In this document: positions 1 to 13,138 of the stretch, in pieces
Layout: each line of letters begins with the position of its first letter
Position numbering within the stretch: position 1 is the stretch's first letter
Origin: Utricularia gibba
Lineage: Eukaryota > Plantae > Magnoliophyta
DNA: 64,000 bases
Assembly (NCBI GenBank): GCA_002189035.1
Contig: NEEC01000014.1
Coordinates: forward strand, 1,240,001-1,304,000
Direction: 5' to 3'
Notes under the pieces: generated by a model
Databases searched by the model: none
What the model saw: the letters and a program-made list of their open reading frames with translations, nothing else
Told to the model about the DNA's origin: nothing
Program-made: the position numbers and the translations under genes

Positions 1-272
1 ACTGAATAATCAAACCACCACTAACACAAGACCAAATGAAGGAGAATGACGATAGCTGCAGCGGTAAAAAGAGGTAGAATTTTATCTGTGGCAGGGAAAG
101 ATCTTAAAACAGAATGTAAGATTGTGCTCAAACTTCTCACTCATGTAAAAGAAACATGCCAATCTAATTTTGATGTCTTAAATTATGCACTTCTGAGTTT
201 AAAAAAAAAAAAATTCCTCCAAGCAGATTCTGAGCACACTTTAGTTGCGAAGTATAAATGCAGATGACTTAC

Positions 273-597
273 CATAGATGCAGATTTTAGCTGCGAAGTC
301 GATTCACTTTCTGAGTTTCTAACACTTAGGTGAGGATTTCCTGGAAGAAGCAGTGAGACAAAGGCCACACTGAGTGCCATAAACTTAAAGCAAATATTAT
401 GAAGAATGCTGAAATAATGCAGAATCAAAGTTGACCTCATGTTCATTAAGAAGAGCAAGAATATTACCACTCATTCGCCTGCTACCGGTGAGCATACGCT
501 GACGATCAAACATCTGAAAAATCCCCGCCATACATCCCATTTGATTCTGGAATTCTGCATTGTCATCTGTCAAGGAATGCAAAAACTTGGCCGCCAT
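273..597 (-). CDS. LONGIFOLIA/TON1-recruiting motif (TRM) protein, 5' exons only; gene continues off the left edge
   Basis: ATG at 597 gives MAAKFLHSLTDDNAEFQNQMGCMAGIFQMFDRQRMLTG, the typical LNG1/LNG2 N-terminus. Exon 597-468 ends at a GTAATA donor; exon 340-273 ends at a GTAAGT donor. Confidence 0.85.
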
Positions 598-2255
598 TTT
601 CAATCTTCCCCTGTTGGGTAGATTAACAAAATCCCTACTCTCTAAAGCTGAGGTTCTCTAGAGAAACAGCCAAATTCAAGAGCTAATACATGCCTCATGA
701 TAAATCCTTCAGGCGTCAAACTAAAACCCCAGTCATTTGAAAGAACACCAAGATCCGACGTTTTCAGACAAACCCAAATCCAAAACTAAGAATAAGCTCC
801 CCAAACCTTCAACATCATTGGTCCAATTCCACTAAAAAAATAAAAGAACTCGGGATTCACGGGTCAACCATCAAGCTCCCACAGATCCATAGACAAAATG
901 GGCAGTGGGATTCCTTTCATGATGAAGGTCCCGAAGGAAATGGGTGTGATAAATGATAACCGAGGCAGTGTAGGTTTTGTCGATTAGCCCATGTGGAGAC
1001 CGGAGGAGACAAATGTGTGACAGTGAACAGAGCAAAGAAATATTAGAAAAATGAGAAGCTAACCCAAAATGCGGAGGTAGAAGATGAAGAAAAATGGCGA
1101 TCATTTAGAGGGCAGATGGCGGGTGGGTTTTCCCACCTTTCCATGTGGACAGGGGAATAAAGAGGATGAAATTGTGGGTCTGGTGTTGTCTGCAAACTGC
1201 AATGCTCATGTGATGTCTGTCAGGATGACCGTTCCAACACAAAAATTTTCTATAAATGCATTTCCCATTACACCAAAAACCGATTCAAGATTCCATCTTT
1301 TTTCCTGCCAGCATCACAAGATGTAATCTTTATTGTCTAATCCACAAGTTCAACCCCAAAAAGTTCACTTCTTTGAGTTTCTGCCTCCTGTATTTTTCCA
1401 ATTACACTTGATTACAGTTGCAGTGATCTGTGTAATATTCAATTGTAATTTACTGCTACTAACCTTATTATTTGTTTTCCCTACTGCACACAATCTGTCA
1501 CTTGGCACCAATGGCAGATAATAAATAAATAGTAAGATCCTGGATGAGTAATGAGAAACATTAATGGTGGTTTTTAATGGTGTGCTTTGAGCCGGTGAAT
1601 TTTTCAGGGAAATCCGGTTCAACGTTTTGAGAACAACGGGAAATCCGATGCTGAATTCAAGCCAGAATCCGTACCAAACCTTGATTACTTTTTTCTTTTG
1701 GCCGGTTCGACCTGAGCCGAAAATACTGCATAGCACATTCATCTGATAAAAGTGGACACAGTCACCATCTTTCTTTGCTGTGATCCACATCACATGTGAT
1801 GAGTGTCTTCACAGGAAACTCTTCAGATGCAGTTCAAGGATTTCTGAAGGCCAGAAAGAAACAGAGGAAGCTACTCTGCTTGCTTGCTTTCCTAGTTCCC
1901 TGTCAACAACTACCAAAGCATATTTCAACAAATTTGCAATGAAAAGGGATCAAACACAAGCCGGCTGCTTACACTCCGCATATGAACTTTCCTGAACTGT
2001 CGAGAGGGGTCAAAATGCCCTACGGCCTTCCCTTTCAACATGGGAGAATAACAAAAACTGACTGTCATACTGATGTACTACAAAGAGCCTACGTAGACTT
2101 GGTGGCCATGTGGTTTATGGCCTTGCTATGCTACAGTAATGCCATCGCACACTTTAAATAGTAGAACTTGTGCAAAATTTCGCCCACGAAAATACTGTAA
2201 GAAAGCAAGGCCATAATGAATGGTTTCTACAGAAAAATAGGTCATCAGGATACCT

Positions 2256-4674
2256 CTATTCCCGACCTCCATCAGTGTCAGTGGCATTGTGCTCCTCCTG
2301 GAAAGCATTCAGCTCATCTTGCCTAGGGGGTGAGGAAACAGCTTCGATTACTTTAAGGTAGTATCTCCAGGACAAATTTTTCTCGCTGATGGGCCGCTGA
2401 CCAAAGGGATGTTGCTTAATGTATTCCTGGACATTTTCCGCCATTGCTAACTCTTTCAGGTACATGCGGAGATCGCCTCCAGGACCTGCAATTCACAATG
2501 TTAAAGCATGTGGAAACGATGCACTCCTGATATTTTTGTGGATAGATCATACTGTGAAAATTGAATAGCGCAAGGAGGCTAGCAATCTGGATAATAAGCT
2601 CTGAACATATAAAGACATGCAAGAAATGAAATGTTTCAATGCCAGTGTTTCCAGGAAGTAAAATAAAACTGACCTAATGAATCGTCAGTGACGTCTGTGA
2701 ACTGGAAACTGAAGGGAAAGATGGCATTATATGGCTGAAATTTTCACAAGAAAGTATGGATAAGAAAATGTAGATATAAATCAAAAGCGGAATCTGAATC
2801 ACATAAGAGGAAAAAAAAACATACGGGGTTGGACAAGGCCTTTGAAGGAGTGTCATCAACCAAAACTGTATTGGTTTCATCATAGTCTCCTTTCTCCCAG
2901 GGAAGATCAGGGTCATACATGTTCCACAATTTTTTAAGTTGTTTTAAGAGAAGTGGCTTGCTCTTTTTCTCAACCATGAAAAAGCCTGAATCCGTACAAT
3001 GTGAATGATCCTGAAAAGAAAAAAAGAAAAGGACCAATGCTTCAAATGATCACCTCAGGGATATCGTATATGCATCAAGATTATCACAAAAGATGGTTGG
3101 AATCACTGTAACATTCATAAGATAAATACAGAATGTTATATTTAAGGATCACAATGATGATATAAGGGCACCCCCACAAGTGTGTTTTAAGTAGGCATAC
3201 AATTTGACTTACCCAGGTAAATGCCAGCTTGCGTTTATCATCACCTAGGATAAAATCAACCATTGGCTCTATATTTCTTCTGCAGGCATTAATTAAGAAA
3301 CATTACAATTAAGTAATAAAATCATGGGAGTTCGAGGCAAGCATTCAAGCATACTTGGTTCTCGATGTCCAGATGCCAACTGTAAAATTCTCAAAGCAGA
3401 ACTTCAGAAAATCGTGGCAGTGAGGCCTCATAAAAACTGCAAAAAAAAATGGATGTAAGCTAGGCCACAGAGAATCAATTAGAATTTTATGAAGTTTATT
3501 TACCTGCTTTTCTATTTATTATTTCATCAAAGTCATAGTCATATGGTATGTATGAAAGAATAGCAACAAGTAAGCCGTTTACATCAAGAACAAGAAGCTT
3601 TTTCCTAGAAGAGCAAGAGGAATCCCCAATAACGGCAGCATTTCCAGTCCCAGACATGCCTTGAAAAGTAGAGTCTGTCAAACCCTCTGTACTTTTCATG
3701 GAAATATCAGCATCCATGGCCATAAATCTGTCTGCGTGATATGAGGGAATATCCCCACACAATGAATCATCATGAGCGAACTCTCGTTCTTCACCACAAT
3801 CAGAAGGTTCTTCATTGTTTGTTGAAACAAAATTAATTACCGATGGGAGCTCCTCCGTGTCCAGATGGTGGGAACAACTGATACTGCATTCATTGCTGGA
3901 TGTTGTTACAATGAGTTCATGGCCATCTATTGTCGTATGTTCCAAATTATCCATTGCACCATCTGAAGTCATGCGGTCTTGCTTCTTTGGTGTAAGCATA
4001 TCCATCTCATTTTTTTCGTTCCTTCTATTTGACTCTGCAACCAGCCCATAATCATTATTTTGAGATGACTCGTCGAAGGCTGAATTGCATCCAAGAGCTT
4101 TATGCAGCAGCTGTTTTTCAGAAATCTCACTATATAATCCACTTTCAGAAGTCCTTATGGTCATGTGAACATCTTCATTACAGTGGTGCGCTTCTACTAC
4201 GAGCAATGAACTGTTCTTAAGATCAGCAAAACTTTCAGCCACATGTAGCTCAGAGGGTTCTGGATTTGACATTTTAAGCCTCTTCTCCCTATGAACCAAA
4301 CAAGGATCCTCATCTTCTTCAAGAATTTGACTAAGCCTCGAAATGGAATCACTTCTGTCATCAATCAACGAACCTTGTCTACTATCAGCATCAAACTGAA
4401 CCATGGATAGATCATCCTGTTCGGGATTTAACATTTTCAGCCTTTTCCCCTCCTCATTCAAACATGGATCCTCACCCACTTCAAGAACTTGATTAATCTC
4501 AGAAGGGAATTCATTTTTCTGTAAAAGGATACCATCCTCAGAGCTCTTGCAAACCTTAACGACAGGTTGATCACTTTCTGTCGCTGAACTGGGCATGCCA
4601 CAGTCAGAAAGATAATCAGGGCTAGTGCCTCTAGTGTAGGCTGAACCAGAACTTGCCTTACGCTCTCCGGTCAT
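2256..4674 (-). CDS. HAD-superfamily FCP1-homology (NLI-interacting-factor-like) phosphatase with a long acidic N-terminus, 6 exons
   Basis: KKLLVLDVNGLLV (HAD motif I-like), VFMRPHCHDFLKFCFENFTVGIWTS, WDHSHCTDSGF...KPLLLKQLKKLW, NTVLVDDTPSKALSNP, PYNAIFPFSF, GPGGDLRMYL...PFGQRPI. Exons join at GT-AG sites. Confidence 0.85.
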
Positions 4675-5854
4675 ATCACATACTCATAGAAGCATATATC
4701 TGATATAGTATACACTAAAGAGACCACTGTTAGCGAATACATTTCAGAAGCAAAACGATTGATAACATTTAGTAAAGTTGAAAAAGGACTGCCTCATAAC
4801 TCATTTCCTTGAAAAAGCCACCCCTTTTCAATATCAAAGGATCCCAAAAAGAAAATACCGACAGCAAAGGTCGTCGCCCATCCTCTACACTCCCAACACT
4901 ACAAATGATGCAGTCGCCATATACAGCGACAACCCAATAATACTTGATGGCGTGAAATGGATACAAAAAGAGTCACCGCAAGAAAATAAAAAACACCCAG
5001 AACAAAAGATCCCGGCAATGAGAAACGAGAATTAGTCCGCCGCGCTTCGGCACACTCTCGCCGAGAGTTCAAAATGCAAGTCGAAGAGACAGCCGAAGCT
5101 TCTGGCCGGAAAGACTTCGATTTCCTAAATCGCGTACAGTGTACTGGTTTTCTTGGGGCGAAGGGGTTTCACAAGTTCGAGGTTGTTGTCGTCCCCGAAA
5201 GGGCCATTTTCACACTTTCGAGCATTTTACGACAAAATTGGTACAGTGTATATAATGCATTAATCTCTAAACTCATATCGTTTAATAATTTTTTAAAAAT
5301 AATAATTAGTTAATTAAAAAAATAATTTGTTTAGAAAAATTCACTTAGTAGTTACTTTTTGCTAAAAATTACTATGTTAATAGTAATATATGGATAGATT
5401 GACATAAGAATATGTGAATGGAATCAAATATATTTGGTTGGTAAATCGTAAATATGATGAAAAATGTTTTATTTATATGCAAATATTATTTTTTAATGCA
5501 AATGAAACATGCATATTTAAATAATTAAAAACATCTACCCAACATATACTAACAATTAATCTATTACTAAATTTAAAATTCAATAAAAAATTATTTACAT
5601 TATCAAAAAATTTAATGGAATATATGTCTTTTGAAAACTTAAAAATAGTGCTAAATTAATTTTTTTTCTATGACGATACACGTAACAGGATGATAATGCA
5701 CACATTCAAACTTCAAAGGTTCAAATTACCTCGGTGACCGCTCCCCAACTTCTGCTTATCCCCTTTTCCTTGTCGGATTCGTCTTCATTCTTCATTTGGC
5801 GGAATGGTGATGGGTTTGATCTCCTTAGTTGTATATTGGAGCTGAATCTGGGGA

Positions 5855-7698
5855 TTAATCATCTAGAGAGAACTCTTCAAGCCATATAAGAACTTCATTC
5901 CTCTGCAAGCATTACCACAACACACAGAAAAGAATAGGTAAGGGTACTGAAAACATATGAAGGACTGATGCTAATCCCAACTCGTTTCTTACCATTACAA
6001 AGCTCCATGTCCGCCCTGGATCGTTGTACCGAGCAAGTAAGCATCCTGGTCTGGGGTTAAGACCGTCTCTGATAATGTTAGAACGCAGAGCTTTCTCTTT
6101 TTCAATAACTACATCCTCATTTGTGGCTCCACTGAATTTCGAAACTGCAGCTACACCTCCTTCCACCCTCCTCAAGAGAATCTCTTCTTGATCTGGATTT
6201 GGCAAACTGAAGGAACCCATGTTCATGTTCAGGTGTCAATTGCGTATTTTTTAAGCTTATCAAACAGCAGCCTACCTGTTAATATCTTTTTCAGAAGGAA
6301 GAACAATTTGAATCGATACTTTGGAGAGATCCGGATTAAGTGATTGAGTAAATACTGGGGCAGTCATTTTCATCTTCTCTTTAGTGGAGTTCTTCCCAAA
6401 TATGTATCTACCAAAAGGTTCAAACTCAGCAGAAGTAAAGAATATAAAGATCATAGCTTCAGAATCTGTACCCAGCAACTGAGTTAAAGCCTCTTGACCC
6501 TGAGAGCTTGTCACTGGTTGTTTCAGCAATGACAAATGGCTCGTATCTTCTAACCTGGAGGATATAAATACTTCACACAATGCAAACCACATGAGTGTTT
6601 CAAGAGTTCAGATTCACTCTGGTAACCTCGTAGTTGGCAGTTCTCTTTAGAATTTGATATTTGGGCATTTCCAGTTCTGGAGTTTTGTAGAATTGCAGCT
6701 ACATATATCGAGAGAAAATTCCCAACTTCAGAGTAGATGAAGCAACACATGGAAAGCATAAAGTGCTTACAGTAATTTCTTATATCGAAGGCACAAAGAT
6801 AATTAAATCTCAGAATTTTCGCCAGATCCATACCTGCTTTACCAAATCCATTAAGGCTTCCAAAGAAAAGTAATCATTGTTCTGAACAGAATCCCAATAA
6901 TCCTGCGCCACGGGAATCACAACAAGCAAACTTTCACTAGATGTGCACAAATAAGGCTGCGTTATTTTAAGGGACGATGAGGGAAAAATTACCACATGGC
7001 TAGAGAATTTGTTAGTCTCTGGGTTAACTCCCATGACAGAGGTACCAGTGAATACCAATTCTGGTTTCCAAGGCAAAAGATAGAATCTCATCACCATTGA
7101 CCACCTTGTAGTTATCTCATGAGCCCCTGTCTAAAACACAATTCTCCTTCACTCAGTCAGCAAAACTTCACAACAACCTATCTTTGCTAAACGAAGGTTT
7201 CATCTTGTACTTTCAGTATCTCACTGGCTGATTTTATTCGACAAAAAACTGTAATCAAAGTGCTAACGAATGATAATGGCGTTTGAGTACTGAATACAGC
7301 AACGCACTTACTTGCTTCACCCAATGAAGTTGAAAATCAGGGTGGAAAAGGTTCTTCAACATCGCAATGTTAAAGAGGTAACCGCTGATGCTATCGTGTT
7401 TCGTTATCGGGTCCCTGAACTTCACGTCTTCATCGTACGCCGTCCGATCGATTCCTCGATCATCGAACAGGTGTGGAAGATCCTCGTAGAGGAAATCCAC
7501 CAGCTCTGTGTGTTTTGGCGGGCTATCCTTTTGCGCGACGCTTCGCACCCTAACCACGGAACGCGTAGTCTTCTTGATCGATACATTCATCAAAGGAACA
7601 CGATAAGACCGCGACAAGAAGAAGACGGGGGCTCCTTCGCCCGTCCGCCGGAATACGCCGGCAGTGAATTGTGAGGCAGCCATGACACCAGCAGACAA
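5855..7698 (-). CDS. SOUL haem-binding protein with N-terminal SnoaL-like domain, probably plastid-targeted, 8 exons
   Basis: LVDFLYEDLPHLFDDRGIDRTAYDEDVKFRDPITKHD, TGAHEITTRWSMVM, DYWDSVQNNDYFS, TPELEMPKYQILKRTANYEVRRY, YIFGKN...KMTAPV, LLARYNDPGRTW, RNEVLIWLEEFSLDD*. Confidence 0.9.
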
Positions 7699-9364
7699 CG
7701 CTCCATTTCATCTCTTCTTTTAATTCCTTTTTTTTTCAAAACAATTATCAAGAATTATGCCAACCAGAAAAATTAATTCAAAAATACAATATTTATGTTC
7801 ACCGCCTAATGTTTTTAATATTCGTTTAATAATTATCACATATCATTATTATTTATTTGAAACAATAATTAATTTTGAAGTTTTCCTATTATAAATAAAA
7901 CTATGTGATTACTTAATCTAAAATTTTATAATATTATATTTTTTAATAAATTCATTTCAATAAATAGCCTTTACAATCAAATTATTTGAAGCCAACAATA
8001 ATATATATATTTTTCATGTTTTTTATACGATACTATCTATTTTAATTATCTAAATTTATAATTTTACATTTATTCATTTATTCATTTTAAAGAAAAACTC
8101 TTATACAATAAGAAGATAATCTTTTTATTTAAATATTTTTTTTATTCATAATCGATATGAAATATTATTCTTACTAGACTTCTGTCTTTATATTTTACTT
8201 CATTTATCCACTCATTATCAATATTTTATTATTAGTATATATTTGTTTCAGATATTAAATTCTCATGATTTTATATTATTTTATTTTAATAAAAAGATAT
8301 TATATAAGATTATAATGATCTTTATATTCAATCTCATTCTCTTTTCCATTTACAATTCATGTATAATGTCATTATTAAACTTCTAATATTACATTTTATT
8401 ACACTTATCCAATTTTACATGCAAACTCTTTCATTAAATTTTATTATCAAGCTCCCCTCTCTTCCAATTTTAGAATCAATATATGGCCTTGCTTATCAAC
8501 CTTACCCTATTCCCCATGCTACATACCATAGGAGTTTTTACATTACTAAATTGATATTTGATGATCGAGATCTTGAAACTTTTAACATAATAGATTTACG
8601 ATTGATTCGAGATTTTCGTTATCTAGAAACATGATCAAACGAGCTTTTCATTACATTTGACGACATCAATTTGCGGAAGATTGCGCATTTGGAATGGTTT
8701 TGTTGATGCGTTCACTAGGAGTTGGAAGAATTGGCAATGGAGAGAGTGCAAAGAGTTGTTTAGAGCTGAAGGTCAAGAGGATGTAGTCGCGCGCACGGTA
8801 CGGCATCTGCGAACTGTGTGAAGTGTCGATGGAGGATGACGGAGTCTCGCACTGAATTGAAATTTAAAAAATATGCCCTAGGGTATAAAAAAAATGTCTA
8901 CCTGTAAAAGAAAATTCCAATACTGCCCTTCGTGCCTAGTCTTTTTTTTTTTTGTTGCTTCTGCAAGCTGTGATTGATGAATGATGAACTGTATTTTCTA
9001 CGAGTAATGACGCTGGATTTCTTCCTTCCATGGCGTAATTCTCACCGAGTCGAGAGAAGTTACCGTGTTTGAAGTTCGGGGCTGGGTTTTTTTTTGTATC
9101 TTGCGAATCGTTTTTTTTGTGGGTTTTCTTCGATCGCTTCCGTGGGAGATAAAGAAGCTGCTGAAAGGGAAATGGGAGCGGCTGAGTTGACATTTGAATC
9201 GTGATTTCTAAGAAATCCCGTCGATTAAACGCCAAGCTTCTGCCAAACATCAACCGGAACGAACCCATTTGGTGGAGATTACTCACCAGTTGCTTGCCTT
9301 TCCCAATTCCTGGATCTGGGTAGTGTTGTTGTTTTGGCGGCCCAGAACCGGGGAAACAGTTTCA

Positions 9365-11064
9365 ATGAAGCAGTTAACGGCGTTGCAACAGCAGGGACGC
9401 CGGAGCAACAGTTTCCGGGGCTTATCTCCTCAGCTGGACGCCGCGGTGGATGGGGCAGTTAAGTCTCCGTCGACAATTTTCTGGCTGGTTATCCATGTCC
9501 TCTGCTGCCTAATTAGCCTGGTACTTGGTTTCCGTTTTTCCCGTCTTGTTTTCTTTATCCTGGTTTCTAGTAATTCGTTCCCTCCCACGACTGTCTACAC
9601 CAATTTTCAAACATTACCGCCTTCCCCCGTAGTCACTTCCTCGCCTGGAGCCAACAGCTCTATCACTCGTGGTGCGAGTAGAGTAATGGTGGGTCGCCAC
9701 GGAATATTGATTAGGCCGTGGCCTCATCCAAATCCAGCCGAGATGATGAAAGCTCATAGAATAATGCAGCAGATTCAGATGGAGCAGAGATCGCAATATG
9801 GGATTAAGAATCCCAGAACTGTGATTGCTGTTACTCCAACTTATGTTCGAACCTTTCAAGCACTGCATCTTACCGGGGTGATGCACTCCTTGATGAATGT
9901 GCCGTATAATGTTATTTGGATCGTCGTTGAAGCTGGTGGAGCTAGCAATGAAACTGCTTCCCTGGTTGCAAAGTCAGCCCTGAACATTATTCACATCGGT
10001 TTTGAGGAGAAAATGCCACTTTTTTGGGAAGATCGGCATAGACATGAATCAAGAATGAGACTTCATGCTCTAAGGTACACTACCATTGGAAATGTATGTT
10101 TGTGCCTTTTCTCCTAGTTCCAATTGTGTTATAGTTTGAAGGTGTTTGCAATGTGCAGAATAGTGAGAGAGAAGCGATTAGACGGGCTCGTTGTGTTTGC
10201 TGATGACAGTAACATGCACAGTTTGGAGTTCTTTGATGAGATCCAGAGCACCAAGTGGATAGGTGCAGTTTCATTAGGAATCCTAGCTTTTCAAGGAGGG
10301 TTTGAAACCACAGGTTTACCAAAGATTCAGAATGAGGTTAATGACCAAAACAGCAAACAGAGATCGCAACTCCCTGTTCAGGGCCCTGCCTGCAATTCCT
10401 CCAACCACTATTCAGGATGGCACTCCTTCAATACTGAGCCTTTTGCAAATCGAACTGCAAGATATGTTGGTGACCTCGGCGCAGTTGTACCGAGAAAGAT
10501 GGAGTGGGCTAGTTTTGTATTGAACTCAAGGCTACTGTGGGAGGAAGCAGAGGATAAACCAGTGTGGGTGAAGGATTGGGAAGAATTTACAAGAAATGGA
10601 GAGAATGTGGAAGGTCCTATACATCTGTTGAGGGATACTTCAGTAGTTGAGCCCCTTGGGAGCTGCGGACGGAAAGTTCTGATCTGGTGGCTGCGTGTAG
10701 AGGCAAGGGCCGACAGCAAATTCCCTGCTCGGTTAGTCTTCTGCATCTTACACTTAGATGATGAAAGCCATTTTTTTCAGGAAACTGTTTGCTGATTCAT
10801 AGCTCAACTTATCATGTAATCATTCAAGTCCTGATTTTGCTTCAACACAGATGGATAGTCGACCACCCATTACCGATCACCGTCCCTGCAAAACGCACTC
10901 CATGGCCCGACACACCCCGGGAACTCCCATCTTCTTCAACCGAGAAAATGGAGTCCTCAGACCCTGTCATCATCTCTGCGAGTACCGAAAAGCACCCGAG
11001 AAAAAAACGCAGCTCCCGGGGCAGGAAGAAGCACATTCCCACTGCACATGCTGGAGATAACTGA
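9365..11064 (+). CDS. IRX14: GT43 beta-1,4-xylosyltransferase IRX14/IRX14-L, 3 exons
   Basis: MKQLTALQQQGRRSNSFR start, TM segment, PWPHPNP, VIAVTPTYVRTFQALHL, IWIVVEAGG, VFADDSNMHS, PVQGPACNS, WWLRVEARADSKFP, VPAKRTPWPD. Confidence 0.95.
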
Positions 11065-11614
11065 AGCCTGAGCATCACTTCTCCCAGGACAAAGCAGCAA
11101 GCAGCAACCCCATCTCCAACACGAAACCAAGGCTGTGATTTGTGATCTTTCTCACAGGCCGTATCCTGCTACTGCTGCTTACACAAGAATGAGTTTACAT
11201 GCCTTAGCAGATTGATTCAGTTAGTTCCCTTGTCATCCATGAGATGGAAATAGCTAAGCTTTTCTTCATTTGCTGCTTTCTGGATGCTTGCTGCCGCATC
11301 TTTTGCCCAGTTTACCTTCTGCAACGCTGCAGTTGATGGTGTGGATTCTCAGTGATTGTTCTGAATTTTAGAAAATGAAATGTATGATAATTTTATGCCT
11401 TTTTTATGGATAATAAATTTGAATTTATTCGTAATTAAATAATTACTATTTTTGAGTTGTTTGGTTTGGTGTGTGAAGCGTGCAGAAATAGAAAAGGTTG
11501 TTACCTTTACAGGGAGAGTGGGAATTCCGGCCGCGAAGCACAAGCGAAAAAGGACCAGTCTTTGGTTCATTCATTTGGTCATCGGGAAAATAGCAGCAGC
11601 GCCGGAGTTCAGGA

Positions 11615-13138
11615 ATGGTGGCGGTTTTCAATAAAGAGCTAGTCAGCTGGTATCTCCTGGCCCTCAAGGTAAACGAAGTCGCCGCAGGGACCGGGCGTCA
11701 GGTTCAGAACTCGGATCCCAACTCGGAGAACGCGATCGTAGCCCCTGAAGTTCCAATCGCTGCCACGCCGGAGCCGGACTGGGTGATCGCCATAAGGGAT
11801 AAGCTGAATCAGGCCGGGTACGAGGAGGATGCCGCCGCGTGGGGGAAGCTCTGCATTTACAGGATCCCTAAAGGTCTTCGCGACAACGAAGACAAAACCT
11901 ATATCCCTCAGACGGTGTCCTTAGGGCCGTACCATCACGGCAAGAAACGGCTGCGGAGTATGGACGCCCACAAATGGCGAGCTGTCCATCACGTGCTGAG
12001 GAGGACTGATCAAGAAATCGGCGTTTATCTCGACGCGATGAAGGAACTGGAAGAAAAAGCTAGGGCTTGCTACGAAGGCCCGATTTCACTCAGCAGCAGC
12101 GAGTTCGTGGAAATGATGGTTGTCGATGGATGCTTCATTCTGGAGCTATTTCGTGGGGCTGCCGGCGGATTCACTAATCTGGGATACTCGAGAAGTGACC
12201 CTGTTTTCGCGATGCGTGGGGTTATGCATTCGATTCAAAGAGATATGATCATGCTCGAGAATCAGATTCCTCTGTTCGTTCTTGAGAAGCTGAATGCAAT
12301 CCAGATTAAGAACCCCGATCGCACAGGGGATGTGTCAAGGCTGGCACTGAACTTTTTCGATCCCCTGATTCCTACAGACGAGGCATTGATAACAAAGAGT
12401 GGCAGCAAGTCATCAGTTGCACCAGACACCGTTTTTGATCCACTGACAGATCAAGGAGGGCTGCACTGCTTAGATGTATTCCGAAGAAGCCTTTTAGCAT
12501 CCAGACAAGGAGCGAAACCAACACCCCGGATTTGGATAAGCCGGTGGTCACAAACGCATCGGGTTGTCGATAAACGGAGACAGCAGCTGATCCACAATGT
12601 CTCAGAGCTGAAGGAGGGAGGAATCAAGTTTGAAAGAAGAAAGACAGACAGGTTTTGGGACATAGAGTTCAAGAATGGAGTGCTCAAGATCCCTCGTCTT
12701 CTGATTCATGATGGGACCAAGTCTCTGTTCCTCAATCTCATCGCCTTCGAACAATGTCACCTGGATTGCACAAACCAAATCACGAGCTATGTGATCTTCA
12801 TGGACAACCTGATCGACTCTGCAGCAGATGTGAGCTACTTGCACTACTGTGGGATCGTTGAGAATTGGCTGGGTAGTGATTCTGATGTTGCGGATCTGTT
12901 TAACCGTCTCTCAGACGAAGTTGTCTTCGACATAAACGACGGCTCCCTTTCGAGGCTATCGGAGGAAGTAAACAACTACTACGACAACAAATGGAATACA
13001 TGGAGAGCCACACTGTGCCACAAGTACTTCGACAATCCCTGGTCTGTCATTTCCTTCATCGCTGCGCTTGTCCTGCTTCTGTTAACGGTGGCGCAGACGC
13101 TCTACGCTGCTTATGCTTACTACCGGCCACCATCTTGA
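11615..13138 (+). CDS. DUF247/UPF0481 family protein, single exon, C-terminal TM helix
   Basis: 507-aa ORF with IYRIP, PQTVSLGPYHHG, MMVVDGCFILE, DMIMLENQIP, LIAFEQCH, YVIFMDNLID, YFDNPWSVIS. Confidence 0.95.
   Translation: MVAVFNKELVSWYLLALKVNEVAAGTGRQVQNSDPNSENAIVAPEVPIAATPEPDWVIAIRDKLNQAGYEEDAAAWGKLCIYRIPKGLRDNEDKTYIPQTVSLGPYHHGKKRLRSMDAHKWRAVHHVLRRTDQEIGVYLDAMKELEEKARACYEGPISLSSSEFVEMMVVDGCFILELFRGAAGGFTNLGYSRSDPVFAMRGVMHSIQRDMIMLENQIPLFVLEKLNAIQIKNPDRTGDVSRLALNFFDPLIPTDEALITKSGSKSSVAPDTVFDPLTDQGGLHCLDVFRRSLLASRQGAKPTPRIWISRWSQTHRVVDKRRQQLIHNVSELKEGGIKFERRKTDRFWDIEFKNGVLKIPRLLIHDGTKSLFLNLIAFEQCHLDCTNQITSYVIFMDNLIDSAADVSYLHYCGIVENWLGSDSDVADLFNRLSDEVVFDINDGSLSRLSEEVNNYYDNKWNTWRATLCHKYFDNPWSVISFIAALVLLLLTVAQTLYAAYAYYRPPS

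Noticed and set aside
4523-4532. GTATCCTTTT on the minus strand, matching the U12 5' splice consensus
   Set aside because: It lies inside a long open exon, and I found no TCCTTAAC-type branch point.
8359-8900. ORF-like and GC-richer patch resembling a Mutator remnant
   Set aside because: No recognisable transposase motif or paired TIR; the translations are uninformative.
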